DNA from: Candidatus Thorarchaeota archaeon
GTDB taxonomy: Archaea; Asgardarchaeota; Thorarchaeia; Thorarchaeales; Thorarchaeaceae
Length of the DNA: 5,885 bases
NCBI GenBank assembly: GCA_003345555.1
Contig: PRDJ01000046.1
Span: 1-5,885 of the forward strand
Direction of reading: 5' to 3'
This document shows positions 5,190 to 5,885 of the stretch, piece after piece. The notes beneath the pieces were generated by a model, which saw only the letters and a program-made list of their open reading frames with translations, was not told where the DNA came from and searched no databases. How positions within the stretch are numbered: the stretch's first letter is position 1; each line of letters starts with the position of its first letter. The translations under genes and the position numbers were made by a program.

Positions 5190-5197
5190 TCCTACTC

Positions 5198-5885
5198 ATG
5201 AAGATAATAGTGCCTGTCAAACAAGTGCCTGAGGTCGCTGAAGTCCGCATCAATCCCGAGACTGGCACACTCATTAGAGAAGGAGTGCCAAGCATTCTCA
5301 ATCCATTCGATGAGTATGCAGTCGAGGCTGCAATCCAGCTGAAGGAGAAGTTCGGCGGTGAAGTGACTGTTGTCACGATGGGTCCACCTCAGGCCAAAGA
5401 CGCGCTCTACAAGGCTCTGGCTATGGGCGCGGATAAGGCGATTATCCTCACTGACAGGGCGTTTGCTGGTGCAGACACTTGGGCAACAGCACATACTCTT
5501 GCTGAGCAAATCAAGAAGATGGAGTATGATCTAGTTATCTGTGGGAAGCAGGCAATAGACGGAGACACAGCCCAGGTGGGTCCAGAGCTTGCAGAGCTCC
5601 TGGGCGTTCCCCAAGTATGTTATGTGCGCCACCTTGAGGTCGACCAAGATGGGAAGCGGCTCACACTGCACAAGAGCACAGATGATGGTTACGAGGAAGT
5701 TACCGTCAAGATGCCGGCTTTGCTCACCGCGACAAAGGGTCTGAACGAACCCAGGCTTCCTAACATCATGGGCATAATGAAAGCAAAGAAGAAGCCACTT
5801 GAGGAAGTGGGTGCTGCCGCGTTGGGAGTTCCTGTCGAGCAATTGGGATTGAAGGGGTCGCCCACTACGGTCAGGCGAGTGTTTG
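5198..5885 (+). CDS. etfB: Electron transfer flavoprotein beta subunit (EtfB/FixA family), 3'-truncated by the window edge
   Basis: Translated by hand: MKIIVPVKQVPEVAEVRINPETGTLIREGVPSILNPFDEYAVEAAIQLKE...TMGPPQA...ALAMGAD...DRAFAGADTWATA...CGKQAIDGDTAQVGP...NEPRLP...GSPTTV. The frame is open to the end of the window. Confidence 0.96.
   Translation, partial: MKIIVPVKQVPEVAEVRINPETGTLIREGVPSILNPFDEYAVEAAIQLKEKFGGEVTVVTMGPPQAKDALYKALAMGADKAIILTDRAFAGADTWATAHTLAEQIKKMEYDLVICGKQAIDGDTAQVGPELAELLGVPQVCYVRHLEVDQDGKRLTLHKSTDDGYEEVTVKMPALLTATKGLNEPRLPNIMGIMKAKKKPLEEVGAAALGVPVEQLGLKGSPTTVRRVF

Noticed and set aside
135-5842. Other ORF-track entries (135-326, 943-1215, 953-1156, 1165-1365, 1170-1568, 1277-1462, 1580-1822, 2007-2201, 2286-2594, 2595-2858, 3153-3467, 3328-3522, 3728-4036, 3865-4074, 4442-4696, 4503-4739, 4573-4797, 4648-4932, 4885-5145, 5140-5376, 5192-5509, 5531-5842)
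   Set aside because: They are antisense or alternate-frame shadows of well-supported genes, or span promoter regions, and show no recognisable motifs.

Overview
Archaeal chromosomal window with eight protein-coding genes in alternating orientation. It is archaeal because of the archaeal/eukaryote-type uS19, GGAGG/GGTGA ribosome-binding sites and TATA-like promoters. An Asgard/TACK-related anaerobe is plausible, but that is inference only. In order: the 3' part of an M24 Xaa-Pro-type metallopeptidase (+), a flavodoxin-fold protein (-), a PNPOx-like split-barrel flavoprotein (+), ribosomal protein uS19 standing alone outside its usual operon (-), a TPR protein (-), a phosphohexomutase (PMM/PGM/GlmM, +), a two-TM membrane protein resembling eukaryotic DPM2 (-), and the 5' part of an ETF beta subunit (+, absent from the ORF track because its stop lies beyond the window). 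The main leads are (i) the DPM2-like protein convergent with the phosphohexomutase, (ii) a heavily base-paired 123-nt element between those two genes that I cannot match to a known RNA family, and (iii) the orphan rps19 with its own promoter and a 12-bp direct repeat. No mobile element, CRISPR array, tRNA or rRNA is supported. All family calls come from motif recognition by eye; no database search was run.
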